A DNA stretch of 33,941 nucleotides, from assembly GCF_001194135.2 (NCBI RefSeq), contig NC_068982.1, forward strand, positions 66,310,685-66,344,625, in the 5' to 3' direction. Shown here piece by piece: positions 9,851 through 22,427 of the stretch. The position numbers and the translations under genes were made by a program. This DNA is from Octopus bimaculoides (Eukaryota). How positions within the stretch are numbered: position 1 is the first letter of the stretch; the number at the start of each line of letters is the position of its first letter. The notes beneath the pieces were generated by a model, which was not told where the DNA came from, searched no databases, and was given only the letters and a program-made list of their open reading frames with translations.

Positions 9851-10460
9851 ATGTTCCAAAAGTTTTTGCAGATAGTCTCACAATTGTCAACTTGGGTGAG
9901 AGAAGTAAAACCTGATAGCAATGAAGATTTATGTAAAATATGCAATACTGAAATACGAGTTCACAAAACCGATTTAGCAAAGCTTGCTTCTTCCGCTAAA
10001 CGTAAGCATAAAAAAAAAAGGAAAAAGAAAATACTGTATTAAACTAATATTCGTAACAAACCTTCATAGTTATTTCCAGTTGCAAAACAGCAATATTAGG
10101 ACAAGAGTTAGCAGCGTTTATAGCTTGTTAGCAAATATTCGTGGTGTTGATTACTCTGGAGAACTTGGAGGAATTCTTTCATCACCACTTGCATTTGGTT
10201 TGAAACTGCATAGAACAAAATGCAGTTTCAAAGTTTATAGCACTTATAAACGATATCATTGCTCCATTTTTTCTGAAAGAAGAAATTGAAGACATAAGTA
10301 TAATCAGTTCTCATTGATTTTGGATGCGACAACTGGTATTGCTTGGGAAAGCATGAATGTGTTTGTTAGATCTTACAATAAATATCAAAATATAATTCTA
10401 TGATAGTTTTTAGGTTTGATTCCTGATGAAAAAAATTACTGCTTAAGTTTTGAATGATTT
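9851..10460 (+). pseudogene. hAT-superfamily transposase relic (degenerate BED-like finger plus first catalytic strand)
   Basis: WVREVKPDSNEDLCKICNTEIRVHKTDLAKLASSAKRKH, then IRGVDYSGEL, LKLHRTKCS, LINDIIAPFFLKEEIEDIS, QFSLILDATTGIA…VFVRSY and FLGLIP, broken by frameshifts and stops. Confidence 0.75.
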
Positions 10461-10779
10461 CATGTAAGTGTTCTTGAATGACTTGGGAATTGATATTACC
10501 ATGTGTGTGCATAAGGGTGTGTGTGTGTGTGTAGTTATGTCCTAAGTCAGAAGTGCAAGGGGCGAATTGCCTATAAAATCTGGTGACCCTTCAGCTAATT
10601 GTAATCATATAGTACTTTTTCTTCGTCAGTCTTTCATATTTTCATCTCATTTTCATTATAATATCCGCAGGAATAAGACAATTTTCTGCACTCATAAAGC
10701 AAATCTTTCCTGGGTTATTATTATATATATTTTTTGTTACATATTTGTTGTGGATAATTTATCGCCGCTGCTGGTGGAT

Positions 10780-12628
10780 TTGCCTAGAAAGAAGCTATCA
10801 AGTAGGCCTGAATGTAGTAGTGCGAAAAGGAACCGTAAAGGGATTACACTGGATATTAAACTTGATGTTTTAAAAAGACTTGATGGCGGAAGTAAAACTA
10901 AGTTTGCCACGTCTGCATTGGCAACAATACGTGATAACAGAAAATTATGTCAAGCTATCAAGAAGCTACTCTGTTAATTGTTCGGACTTTAATTTTCTCT
11001 AGATCTACTGCAGTGCTTAAAATGGTACAGCTCTCGAGTGTAAGGATCAGAATCGGTGTAATGTGCGTAATGGTAATTCAAATGTGAAAAAAAGTTTATA
11101 TGACAATTTGCTGAAAAAGGAGGGTGAAATTTCTAATGAAAACTCAATTTTCGCTAGTTTGAAAGGTTTGAGAAGCGCATAAATTTGCACAACATAAAAA
11201 TGACTGGTGAAACTGCGAGCGCTAATATTGAGGCTGCTACTAATTATCCCGGGCAGTTGAAGAAAATGATTGCTGAAGGGAGCTACACACCAAAGCAAAT
11301 ATACAATGTCGATGAGACTGCACTTTTCTGGAAGTGGATGCCTACTTGAACTTTTATTTGTCAAGAAAAATTGACACCAATATGCCGTTGATGAAATTAA
11401 AGCCCCTACATATGTATCGTTCCGAAAATCTACGAACTTTCAAGGGTTACACAAAGTTTACTCTACCGCTTATGGTAGAAAGGTACGGTACCAGACATAA
11501 TATTTCCAACAGAGAATTGCTTCTTTTAGACAATGAACCGAGCCGCCCAGCGAATTTAGATAACCTTTCTGATAATGTGAGAGTAGAATATATACCCAAG
11601 AATACTTCTTTCCCTGCCGAATGATTAAGTATGATAACTAACCTCAAAGCATGTTATACGAGAACACTTTCAAACAACTTATGTAAGCAATTGCCTATTA
11701 GAGATTTCTGGAAGAAATTCAACATAATAGATGCTGTGGATAATATAACTGAGTCATGGGATGAAAAGTATATGGCCAGACTGCTTTCCTCAAGCAGAGA
11801 GTCTACATCAAATTCGGAAAGATATCGTGATGCTTGCAAAGGATGTAGAATTTGAAGAAGTCATAGAAGATGATGTGACTGAGTTGCTAGTGTCCCAGGA
11901 GAAACGTTTATCTAACAAGGAGCTGATGCTGTTAGAAAAAAAGAACAAGTTGAGAATACAGATGGGACAATGGAAGTTCCATCCACACCATTTAAATTGA
12001 CAGCAAAAAATTATCGCTAAATGATTGGCACTTATAGAGGAAGGTCTACAGAGTTTTGCTGATAACGATTCTAATTGGGAACATAACAAAAATTTCGAGA
12101 GGAGTTTATAATGAGCTTAGTTCCTATACTGAGCTATACAAAGAGATAATACGTAATAAACAACAAACAACTTTGGATAAGTTCTTCACCTATCAAACTG
12201 ATGTTGGTGATAATGAACTATAAGATGCTAAATATTGTCCCTCATCCTCCTAGTAATGCTCATTCCACCACCACCCCTTACAGAGTAAACAACTTCTTTT
12301 GTGTTAAGACCGTACTCTTATGATATTACGATTCTTATTAATTCCCTAAATTATTCCTCTTGAAATGTTTTTTGCGTGTGTGTTTTTTTTTGTATCTATA
12401 TTGTACCATGTATGTTTAGGAACAGTTATCTTCATGTATAAATGGGATCGTGTTATTTGTTCTCTGTCATTTTCTTATGATGCTCCCCCACCTCGAAAAT
12501 GTCTGTAGAAAAGCTCAATCCCATTTGATAATAAAAAAATCAATAGGAAAATTAGTTTCGCGTTATAGAATTTCGCGTTACGGCCGATTTTCAAGACCGC
12601 ATTACTTCCGTAAAACGAGGGATTCTTG
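10780..12628 (+). mobile_element. Degenerate Tigger/pogo (TIGD1-like) DNA transposon; right TIR present, left TIR not found
   Basis: KRNRKGITLDIKLDVLKRLD (CENP-B HTH), GSYTPKQIYNVDETALFWKWMPT*TFI, LLLLDNEPSRP, DFWKKFNIIDAVDNITESWDE, DVEFEEVIEDDVTELL and KQQTTLDKFF. The right end …cgtaaaacgagggattcttg-TA (12609-12630) resembles a Tigger TIR. Confidence 0.88.
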
Positions 12629-13103
12629 TATATATTTTAGAATATCAATGAGAGTGGAAGTGAATTATCAGCAAGAAGGCGATATTATAACACAATAACA
12701 CCTCCGCTAAATAAGGATAAAAATATACATTATGAACACCAGTTACACATCACAGTAGAGAAGGGAAAAGAGGAAAAAAAATAATAAAAATATAAAAAAA
12801 ATAAAACAACATACAACATACAACGCACAAAGCAATTAACGTCAGAGAGAGACTTAGTTTTTAAAATACAACGCACAACCCACTGACAACCGAAGGGAAA
12901 CAAACATAAGCTTGTCTACAAACACGGGTGAGAAACGTTAAGGTTTTGCTAAAGAAAAAACCGTATTTGTCAATCTCAAAGAACTGATTGTATTCATTGG
13001 TAATATACCAAAAATACCGTAGAATTGTCGACAGTTGACCATATAAGGAATTATTGGGGAAACCAACTGTATATTCCTCATGTCAATAATGTCAACATTC
13101 TAA

Positions 13104-13280
13104 AGGCGGTGAGCTGGGTTGAATCGTTAGCGGTATTTCATCTGTCTTTACGTTCTGAGTTCGACTTTGCCTTTCATTCTTTCGGAATCAATAAATTAAG
13201 TGCCAGTTGCGTACTGGGGTCGATCTTATCGACTGGCCCCCTCCCCCAAAATTTCGGGCCTTGTGCCTAGAGTAGAAAAG
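13104..13280 (+). mobile_element. Family A SINE with 19-bp target-site duplication
   Basis: SINE core present. Flanked by aataatgtcaacattctaa (13085-13103) and aatactgtcaacattctaa (13281-13299), one mismatch. Two internal deletions relative to 3947-4171. Confidence 0.92.
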
Positions 13281-13364
13281 AATACTGTCAACATTCTAAC
13301 GTGGAATCGCTTTTGGGCAACTTTTCCCTCCCTTCCTACTTACCCTCCCCTCCCTCCCTCCTCT

Positions 13365-13412
13365 ACATACATACATACATACATACATGCACACACGCGC
13401 ACGCGCACGCGC

Positions 13413-13452
<40 letters not shown>
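13365..13452. repeat. (TACA)n-(CG/CA)n compound microsatellite
   Basis: Direct reading. Confidence 0.9.
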
Positions 13453-13457
<5 letters not shown>

Positions 13458-13970
13458 TTTATGTTTACAAACGAAAGAAAAAAGCAGTCAGTATATTGTG
13501 AAGTGTATATGGATCGGGATATCGGTTGGTGACTCACTTCATCGATTTTCGAAGTTTTGTGAGCACGTAAGCTATATGTGCAAGCAGTTAAACTATATAG
13601 TGAATGAAACTGTAATTGTAATGAAATAGGTAGACCAATAATCATTGGTCAATGCTAGTGACGTGGTCGAATATGTAATAGATCAAAGGTAAAGCTTGTT
13701 GGACTACTATCGTATAAAGCAGACTATCCATCAAGTGGCAACAATAGATTTGAGAGAATAAATTTTGGACTTTCCGTAGACTGGAAGCTGGCCAGGAGGA
13801 ACCTCTGATGATGATGGCAATGTCGAATCCAGTGTTACGTGAGGCCAATAGTATATGAACTCCAATAATGTCAAGGACTCCAGTAGCATTCGGATCCCAA
13901 CAGTTTGTGGATACTAGCAGTTTGTATTCCCACAGCGGTCTGTCAACTCCCAGTAAAGTGTTGTCTATAG

Positions 13971-14153
13971 TAGTGCTTCATAACTGGTTTGCCGCAGCAC
14001 ACTGGTGTGCTACGAGACGATGCTAGGTGTGCTGCGGTGTAACCTGAATATAATTTTCCCCCTGTACTTTAAACTATACTTTTAGTTCAGTTGTGCCGCT
14101 GAATTTTGAAAAGAATATGTGTACCGCAAGTGAAAAAAGATTGTGGAGCACTG
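13971..14153. mobile_element. hAT-type MITE (183 bp)
   Basis: Imperfect TIRs tagtgcttcataact / gattgtggagcactg; perfect 8-bp TSD GTCTATAG at 13963-13970 and 14154-14161. Confidence 0.88.
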
Positions 14154-14747
14154 GTCTATAGAAATGGCTTCGTGGCTCTCTTAGTACGACGACTCAGAAC
14201 CTAAAAGCATGTAAACACATAGACAGATAGACAGCAAAGGAAAGAAAAACTAGAAGTTATTTCAAGTTAAGTTGTTTCTCATTCCAAATCAATTACAGTG
14301 GTTTGAACTCCGTAAATAGATGTAACTGAAAGATTTTGCAAAGCGCTCTACCGATCCTAAAATCTAGTGTAATCACCTTAAATCAGTACGAAATTGTAGA
14401 GGATGGGGAGGAATGTAGTTTTTGAGATCGACCTCAGTGCTTGATCGATATGATTTTATGCGAAATCTATATGGTACAAGGCAACCATCCCCACTTGTTT
14501 TTGTTTCTGTTTTCGCAAAGCATCGGAACCATCGCTGCATTATGACGACTGTAAACAAATATTATCTATAACTATTAGTCATATCTATCTATATATTTTA
14601 GATTCTATATGGCTATTAACAACAGTTCTCTTCGTGGACAGAACAATTGATGGTCTGTCTTTGTTGAGAATCAAATGAGATTTGAAACCAGTCATTTCTT
14701 TCTGTTTACAGAAAGAAAGAAAAGACATTTATTGACAATTGGCACGC

Positions 14748-15078
14748 GGTTCCACTGCACGGCACCTTAAGCAAGTGTCTGCTACATAGCCTCGGATCGA
14801 CTGATGCCTTATGAGTGAATTTGGTTGACGGAATCTGTGTCTTTGTGTCGATATTTGTCCCTCACCACCGCTTGGCAACCAGTACTGGTTTGTTCTTGCC
14901 CTGTAATATAGCGGTTCGACGAAAGAGATCAATAGAATAAGTACTAGATGAAAAAAAAACAAAAACAAAAACAAAAACAAACAAACAAGTACTGCAGTCG
15001 ATTTTTGGACTAAACTCTTCAGGGCGGTGTCCCTGCATGGCCGCAGTCCAATGACTGAAACAAGTAAAGGACGAAAAA
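14748..15078 (+). mobile_element. SINE family B (Octopus-type), head-truncated
   Basis: ccactgcacggcaccttaagcaagtgtctgctac…atagcggttcgacgaaagagatcaatagaataagtactag…ggcggtgtccctgcatggccgcagtccaatgactgaaacaagtaaa; homologous to 17468, 23297 and 32890. Confidence 0.85.
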
Positions 15079-15461
15079 CATAGCAACGGTTCTGCTGTGT
15101 TGGAAGGAAATGTTTACTTAGCACAAGAATACAAATATGGCAAAGAATGAACGCTGGTTAGGCCTTGAGGTATTTTTTGTTCGATGCGACACTCCACCGA
15201 TTCTGCTATCCATCACCACTAACGTGAATGTTTATTTGAAATGGAAATTTCTAATTAAGAGCATACACACACACACACACATACACACACACACACATGC
15301 TTGCATATATTTATATATTCACACACACACACACATACATATATATATAGTTCAAATTTGCAGAAAACAAAAGACGAAGACATGTGAAGGAACAACAATC
15401 AGGTGTACTAGTTTAACGCTCGGGAAGAATGGAAAAGTCTCTTTGACGTTTCGAACCTGCG

Positions 15462-15493
<32 letters not shown>

Positions 15494-15665
15494 NNNNNNN
15501 NNNNNNNNNNNNNNNNNNNNNNNNNNNNNNNNNNNNNNNNNNNNNNNNNNNNNNNNNNNNNNNNNNNNNNNNNNNNNNNNNNNNNNNNNNNNNNNNNNNN
15601 NNNNNNNNNNNNNNNNNNNNNNNNNNNNNNNNNNNNNNNNNNNNNNNNNNNNNNNNNNNNNNNNN
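15494..15665. other. Assembly gap (N) between (TA)n and (GA)n
   Basis: Run of N. Confidence 1.
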
Positions 15666-15710
<45 letters not shown>

Positions 15711-16070
15711 GTGAGTGTGTATGTGTATGTACGTACGTATGTATATATAGGTATGTAGAATGTGAGAAATTCTTCATGGTTGTTTTGTTCGTTATAACTA
15801 ATTATACATCTGGATACAATTAGAAAGACAACGGAAAGAATAGGTGAGAGCAGGGGTGGGGTGGAGAGAGAGAGAGAGAGAGAGAAAGAGAGGATTTAGT
15901 GTGAGAGAGAGGGGAAAACAGAACGAAACTAAGAAGGAAAGAAAGAGAAAGAGAGAAGGACGAATTTAAGGGACAGACAAAAATATGAAAGACGAAATCT
16001 ATCAACAGTCATCCTGTGTGAGACTTCTTTGTTGAAGAAAGTCATTTGCTAATGATATACTTCATCTAAT

Positions 16071-16390
16071 GAAGGCACGTATTTAGTGGTTAGTGTATTC
16101 GGCTCACAATCATAACATTGTGAGCTCGATTCGTGGCGGCACGTCGTATCCTTGAGCAAGATACTTTATTTCACGTTGCTCCAGTTCATTCAGCTAGCAA
16201 AAATGTGTTGTACCTCACTTGTCACATTGTCACAGCCTTGTTACCATCTGTGTCACGCTGAATCTCCCTGAGAACTATGTTAAGGGTACGCGTGTCTGTG
16301 GAGTGCTCAGCCACTTGCACGTTAATTTCATGAGCAGGATCTATTGATCGGGTCAACTGGAACACTCGTCGTCATAACCGACAGAGTGCC
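16071..16390 (+). mobile_element. tRNA-derived SINE, family C
   Basis: A-box-like tagtggttag, B-box-like gctcgattc, central ccttgagcaagatactttatttcacgttgctccagt, 3' part ending gtcataaccgacagagtgcca. Confidence 0.75.
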
Positions 16391-16659
16391 AGAACTTGAT
16401 TTAATACATCTGAAATGAGCTTTTCTTGCAAATAAGTAGGTTGTGTTTGGAGCCTTTAAAAAAGACAGAGGAAAATGGATTCTAGTTTTAATTTTCTAAA
16501 GCTTAGTCAGAAGATTTTGTAGGGTTTTTGAAGTCAATAAAATAATTTAAGGTGACATGAGCAAATGACCATATACAGTTCTGTTGGACAAATTAAGAAT
16601 AAAGCATTATAAAACACTGATATATTCAGACTAATGTTTTTCTCTTGGTTGCCATAACC

Positions 16660-17115
16660 ACAACGTTTCAATTGTTTGGGCCTCAGGCCATCTTCAAGTA
16701 TCTTTTTTAAACAATACACCGCAAGCATGTTAACCTGATAATAATCTTAGAATGACCAATGTCATTTACAAATTAAAATGTAAAAGTATAAGTTGCAAAT
16801 TTCACAGTTCCAATTGTTACATTGGCCAGACATGTACAGCACGCTCTCGTAGGCTTACCATGCATTTAAAACAAAGAGTAACTGCAACACACACCACAAC
16901 ACATAATAAAGCTATGCTAGATAAGAAAGCAATAACAGAAAATACTTCCATATTTTATAGAAGTCTCTTCAGAAGCAGAAGACTGCAAAATAAAATGGAA
17001 AGATAAGATATCAAATGCCAAAATTTTAGAAAAGTATATCTCTAATACCGAAAGCATACTGTTGAGAATTCAGTGCAGATGAGCAAGACATTTTGTCCGA
17101 ATGCAAAGTATTCAC
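16660..17115 (+). mobile_element. Penelope-like element relic with GIY-YIG endonuclease fragment (ORF 16752-17006)
   Basis: NVIYKLKC…C…YIGQT.T..SRRLTMHL…H…HN…ITENTSI…RRL matches the PLE GIY-YIG layout (VIY…YIG, conserved R and H); 3' part frameshifted. Confidence 0.75.
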
Positions 17116-17467
17116 ATTCCGAAAATTCTTTTGTATGGCCAACAAGGATTCCGCAGTAAAGGAAAGCGTCAGCCGTGATATGAGGATAAGTTGAATGAGC
17201 CAGTAAAATCTCTACTTAATTTAACATCCTGGAAAAATTGTGTGACGTAAAAATGTGTCATGATGCATCTAAACAATTTGAGTTGAAGAAACAGGACAAT
17301 AAAAGAGTTATATCCTGCAATCAACAGACAATTTGACCAGTCCCAGGCAAAATCCTTATTGTTCCCATTGGCGACTCCAAAGCAAAATCTATACCTGGCC
17401 TCAAATTACGTTCACATTCCAATTGCAAATAGATACAACTTACTTTTTTTATCCTTTCTTTCTTCTT

Positions 17468-17674
17468 GTGTGTGTTTGTGTGTGTTTGTGTGTCTGTGTT
17501 TGTTCCCTCACCATCGCTTTACAATCGATGTTGGTGTGTTTACGTCCCCGTAACTTAGCGGTTCGGTAAAAGAGACCGATAGAATAAGTACTAGGCCTAA
17601 AAAGAATAAGTGCTGGGGGTCGATTTGTTCGACTAAACGCGGTGCTCCAGCATGGCCGCAATCAAATGATTGAA
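17468..17674 (+). mobile_element. SINE family B, 3' half
   Basis: …tttacgtccccgtaacttagcggttcggtaaaagagaccgatagaataagtactagg…gcggtgctccagcatggccgcaatcaaatgattgaa. Confidence 0.9.
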
Positions 17675-17684
17675 NNNNNNNNNN
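17675..17684. other. Assembly gap (10 N)
   Basis: Run of N. Confidence 1.
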
Positions 17685-17725
<41 letters not shown>

Positions 17726-17977
17726 TACCATTGACAAGTGTAGATATACCGAATACCATTCAACATAAATGTTTCATTTATAAAAGCTACCTGTGCCTAG
17801 AAGATACGTCACAATTTCCGAATGGTAACTGAGAAGGGAGATAATACCGAGAATCAAGAAGTCTCAAAAGTTGATATGGACAATCTCATTGACTGGAGAT
17901 AAGCGGAGTGTTCGTGGACACCTGTTTTTGTTTCAATAGACGTCATTGGCACGATAATTGTCCCACCCTATCTTCAG

Positions 17978-18096
17978 TAGGCAAGAAACATAGTCGGGTT
18001 TTAAATATTAAATGTTTAAAATAGGCAAGAAACATAGTCGGGTTTTAAATATTAAATGTTTAAAATAGGCAAGAAACATTAAATATTAAATGTTTA
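17978..18096. repeat. 44-bp tandem repeat: two perfect units plus a third with an 11-bp deletion
   Basis: taggcaagaaacatagtcgggttttaaatattaaatgtttaaaa at 17978 and 18022; partial unit from 18066. Confidence 0.95.
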
Positions 18097-18239
18097 CCTC
18101 CACACACATATATATCCTGTTTATTTAGTAGATTAGTATATCTAAGCTTTCTAATTTTCTATTTGTTTCTTTTAAACTATCTTCGCCCACAATTTATAAA
18201 TACATTCGTATACCTACATTCACAAGTATGTATGCTTGC

Positions 18240-18402
<163 letters not shown>

Positions 18403-18571
18403 CACACATGCTGATGTACACGTGTGGGTGTTCGTGGCATGTGTGTGCAACTTGGATAGATAGACAGATAGATAGAAAGAAAAAGAAAGAGGAAGAGAGT
18501 GAGAGAGAGGGGGAGAGAGAAAGAGATAGGCTTGGCATAACGTCATCACTGCCCAATAGAAACATATTAGT

Positions 18572-18712
18572 AAGAAGATGAAGAAAAAGATGAAGAAAAA
18601 GGAAAAGAAGATGATGATGAAGGAGAAGAAAAAGATGATGAAGAAAATAAAGATAATGATGAAGAAAAAGAAGAAGATGATGAAGAAAAAGATGAAAAAC
18701 TGAAGAAGGAGA
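18572..18712. repeat. Degenerate GAA/GAT purine-rich trinucleotide tract
   Basis: Direct reading. Confidence 0.85.
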
Positions 18713-19579
18713 AATTGTATACATTCCACAGAGTGACCTGTGAACCGAAGGTTATAAGATATCTACTATAAATCATGTGCCGGAGTCGAAGTAAGCACAG
18801 GGCTACATCTAATTTTATTTCAATACATGGTTAGGTGTTCTCCTTATAAGACTTTTTGTCCACAGTCGGCCATATATGATCTTCCACTGATAATGTCTCA
18901 AATAAGAAGAACAATTATGAATGGGAAGCTCGAGGAACCAAGAGAGACTTGTTACAGTTTCTTGTTCTTCTCTAAATATACGTAACCACACGAACCAACA
19001 GAAACACACATAGATTGGTGTACATGCGTACACGCCTGTTAACATACGTATACATATATCCGGGGGAACGCGTTCATCTCCGCGCGCGCACACATATACA
19101 TACACATACTTACATACACGCACACAGTCATGCATACACACATATATAAACATACATTCATTGACATGCACACACACACATACAATTATAAACATACATA
19201 TATTCTTGTGTAAACGGAGACATATAAAGGCAAATACACATACATTCGTGCACATATACACATGTAAGCATAAAAACACGATAAATTCGCATACATACGG
19301 ACGTGGAACTGAACCCTAAATACACATTCGTTCACATGCACCCGCGTATACAAACTTATTTGTGTGCATACACATGCGTAAGACCACAAAGCCACATACA
19401 CTCCCTAAACACACACGCATGGAAGTACTGACAGTTACACACACTCACCACCAAATCACACACGCACACACACAGAAACAGAAACATGTTTCATTATGGC
19501 CTAAATGCGAATGGAATAGGAATTTCTCGTTGTTAGTTTGATGAATAGTAATTTCCAATCGACGAAGAAATCTCTAAGC

Positions 19580-19926
19580 CAGCAGTTCTCAACCACTTTT
19601 TTTTTACGTATGGACGGCTTTGATTACCATTTTATTTTGGTAGGACCTCCCCCCCACCCCACCACTACGACTACTATAGCCCTTCAGTGTTTAAGAACTA
19701 GTTTTATTGATACTTATTTCAAAATTCCTATTTTGTTTTACCCACATCAACTTGTGTAGGCTGAACTATGTAAACCGTTCGAGAAAAAAATTTAGCAGTT
19801 TCTTCCAAAACTCTTTCATGGACCCTTAATATACTACTGTGCACCTTAATTTACTATTTTGCTCGCATCAACACCCCCCACCACGCAAAAGAAAAATCTT
19901 ATATGGACTGCGGTTGAGAACCACTG
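19580..19926. mobile_element. hAT-type MITE (347 bp)
   Basis: TIRs cagcagttctcaacc / ggttgagaaccactg; perfect 8-bp TSD CTCTAAGC at 19572-19579 and 19927-19934. Confidence 0.92.
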
Positions 19927-21359
19927 CTCTAAGCCAAGAGTAGTACCGTCTTTGGGCATTATCACTCTGAACACTCTGATCACTCTGCTTGAGCGCCCCA
20001 CAAGTCTATGGGTTCAATTATAATCTATGTATGATGTGGTTTGCAGTCAATAAATAAATACTGTAAGCCCCGGGTTCTTAATTGGAAACATCCACATACC
20101 TTGGGGTATGGAATACAAGATCTGGTCATTTACAATTAATAAATATCAGAAAATCTTTGATTTTCTTTCTCGTTCTATTCCTCGTTATCTATATGCTAAT
20201 AAAATTAAGTCATCGACATGTTTTTGAAGTCATCTTGATACCCAGTGACCAAAACCTCTTAACAGTATTCTAACCTCCACCCTCACCCGGCAAAGCAATG
20301 CACTGGGATCCCTACAAATATAACCACAATATACATAGATTAGCATTGTGCCCCGAGATCCGTGGGGTCCTCGGATAACTGCTTGGTGTTCCTTTCCCAT
20401 ACCTTAAGACTACTCTGCCAGTAAAGCTGGTGATGATGAAATTCTCACATTCTGGCGAAAGGAGTATGAGGTCGTCAGGCAGCCCTTTAGGGATGTGAAT
20501 TGCAATAAAGGTTAAGAACATCTTGATGTAAACAGTCTCTTGACCTAGCAAGATTAGCAGACAAATCTCTCTCGAATTACACCTTTGATCATAAGACTAC
20601 ATGTTCAGAGCCAAGCTGGGGCTAAACAACAACAAAAACAATAACTGAAGGTTGGATAAGATGGCCCGAACATCATTCTAACATCAACTCTCGCTATGAC
20701 ACTACTGCAAAACTGTACAAGCTCCTAATCAGTAGCCTTTTCCTAAGACAACACCGATGGTATGGAGATGGAAGACTCGCATGCATAGACAGCTGCCTGT
20801 CTTTCGCATAAGTGTTAACACATAATCTGTGTGTTCGTATTTTGGCCTGTATTTAGATATTGATAACTTTGTTTTGCCTCATTTGTGAGTTTGCTAGTAA
20901 AGGTCATGTAACAATTGAGAGTCATGATTTACAGCCTTCCTGTTTGTATTATTTTTATGTCAGATTGGTAATCTGAGATACATTCTACTGCATGCAAGCT
21001 AATAAAAACCGCTCTATCCAGAAGATGAGAGCGAGAAAGTCTAGATATGTTGGCGGAACTAGGAACTTTATTGTTTGCAACCAAACATTGAAAAATAGAA
21101 AAGTTCTTAGTTAAAAAAAATAAGTAAATTTTGAGAGGAATAGTGTTTACAACACACACACACATATATACAGACATGCTTGCATATATACATACCTATA
21201 TGTTCATACAAACACATGCATGCAAGCATATATACATACCAGCATATTCACACACACATACACACTCACAAACTCTCATTAGCACGCACGCGCGCACGCA
21301 TGCACACACACACACACGCACACGCGCGCACGCGCACACACGCACACTGACTTCCACCC

Positions 21360-21790
21360 ACCCAGCAAAATACAGCGTAAAGATTGGATTGGAGTTCTGT
21401 TCGGTCACAGAGTTATCTGCAAAGATTTATATTTCGCTATGTCATTTATGTAAATAATAAACAGAAGTGACACCAAAACACTTTCCTGGGAGGCACCACT
21501 AATGACTTTTGCTAGTCTTGCATAAATTCCGTTGTTCACAACATGTTGGGTTCTGTTTGTCATGAAACATTCAATCCACTACAATAGCTTACCATGGACA
21601 CCGAAGGATAATTTCTTCAATAGAGACCTGTCGAAAGCTTTACTGAAGTCGAGATAAATGGCATCTGTATTGTAGTCCTCTCCCAAAGCATTAAAAACGT
21701 CATCAAGGTAGTGAAGAAACTGTGTTAAGCAATCTCTGCCACCACAAAAACCAAGCTTGTTAGGATCAGAGTTGATTTTTCCCTAGAAAT
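21360..21790 (-). mobile_element. CR1/L2-group LINE reverse-transcriptase fragment
   Basis: Minus strand GFCGGRDCLTQFLHYLDDV…DAIYLDFSKAFD…GVHGKLL*WIECFMTNRTQHVV…VISGASQESVLVSLLFIIYINDI…FAD covers RT motifs with small deletions. Confidence 0.88.
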
Positions 21791-22363
21791 GCAGTTATTT
21801 TAAATCTCACCATCCTGAGATATTAGTGAGATCGGGCGATATGCCGCACTGGGACAAAAAGAGGATATGTAAGTTGGTGTCTGCACTCCTTCAAGAAAAT
21901 AGCGGAGAATCTGTGAGCACCTACTACAGAACTGAGTTTAATTTTATAAGTCACCGCAAATATGACTGCAGAGCTGAAAGTCATGCGAGGGGTGTTACGT
22001 TTAAGGAATTACTTCAAAACTACCTACGTCAACTGCATCCAGATCATATGGAGTAGTATTGTTTCTGTAGTATCTCAACCATATCTTTGGTTCCATTGTG
22101 AAGAATGTATTCATCGATGGATAAAAAAAGTAACTCTATGCATTTTTGTAAAGGAATTAGAATACCTTTGAAATGTGTCTAATGCATTCACTTGTTCAAT
22201 CTTCCTCAGTGGTCTTTTGGTTATCAATAAGAGACTTCATTTAGTCCTGGTGGTGTTGCTTTTCTGACTGTAGTGTAGTTATTGCCTTTGAGATGAGAGT
22301 ATTCTTGCAAATTTTATTGTCAGTTATCTTTACATACACGCGCATATACACACACGCATACAG

Positions 22364-22427
<64 letters not shown>

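Noticed and set aside
10780-12200. Domesticated TIGD-like host gene
   Set aside because: Many stops, frameshifts and deletions, plus a retained TIR, mark it as a dead transposon.
13642-13977. About 110-codon stop-free minus-strand frame ending at 13642
   Set aside because: No recognisable motif. Its apparent acceptor comes from a MITE TSD, and a few frames this long are expected by chance in 34 kb across six frames.
17801-17902. Possible terminal exon KIRHNFRMVTEKGDNTENQEVSKVDMDNLIDWR* after cctag
   Set aside because: 33 codons, weak pyrimidine tract, no homology recognised.
17978-18096. CRISPR-like repeats
   Set aside because: Units are directly tandem with no spacers, and the context is eukaryotic.
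18815-18982. Exon-like open frames on both strands (REEQETVTSLSWFLELP… on minus; SAIYDLPLIMSQ… on plus)
   Set aside because: Splice-like signals exist on both strands, but nothing is recognisable and there is no partner exon.
20312-20551. 79-aa non-repetitive minus-strand ORF
   Set aside because: No motif or splice support; could be an unrecognised repeat relic.
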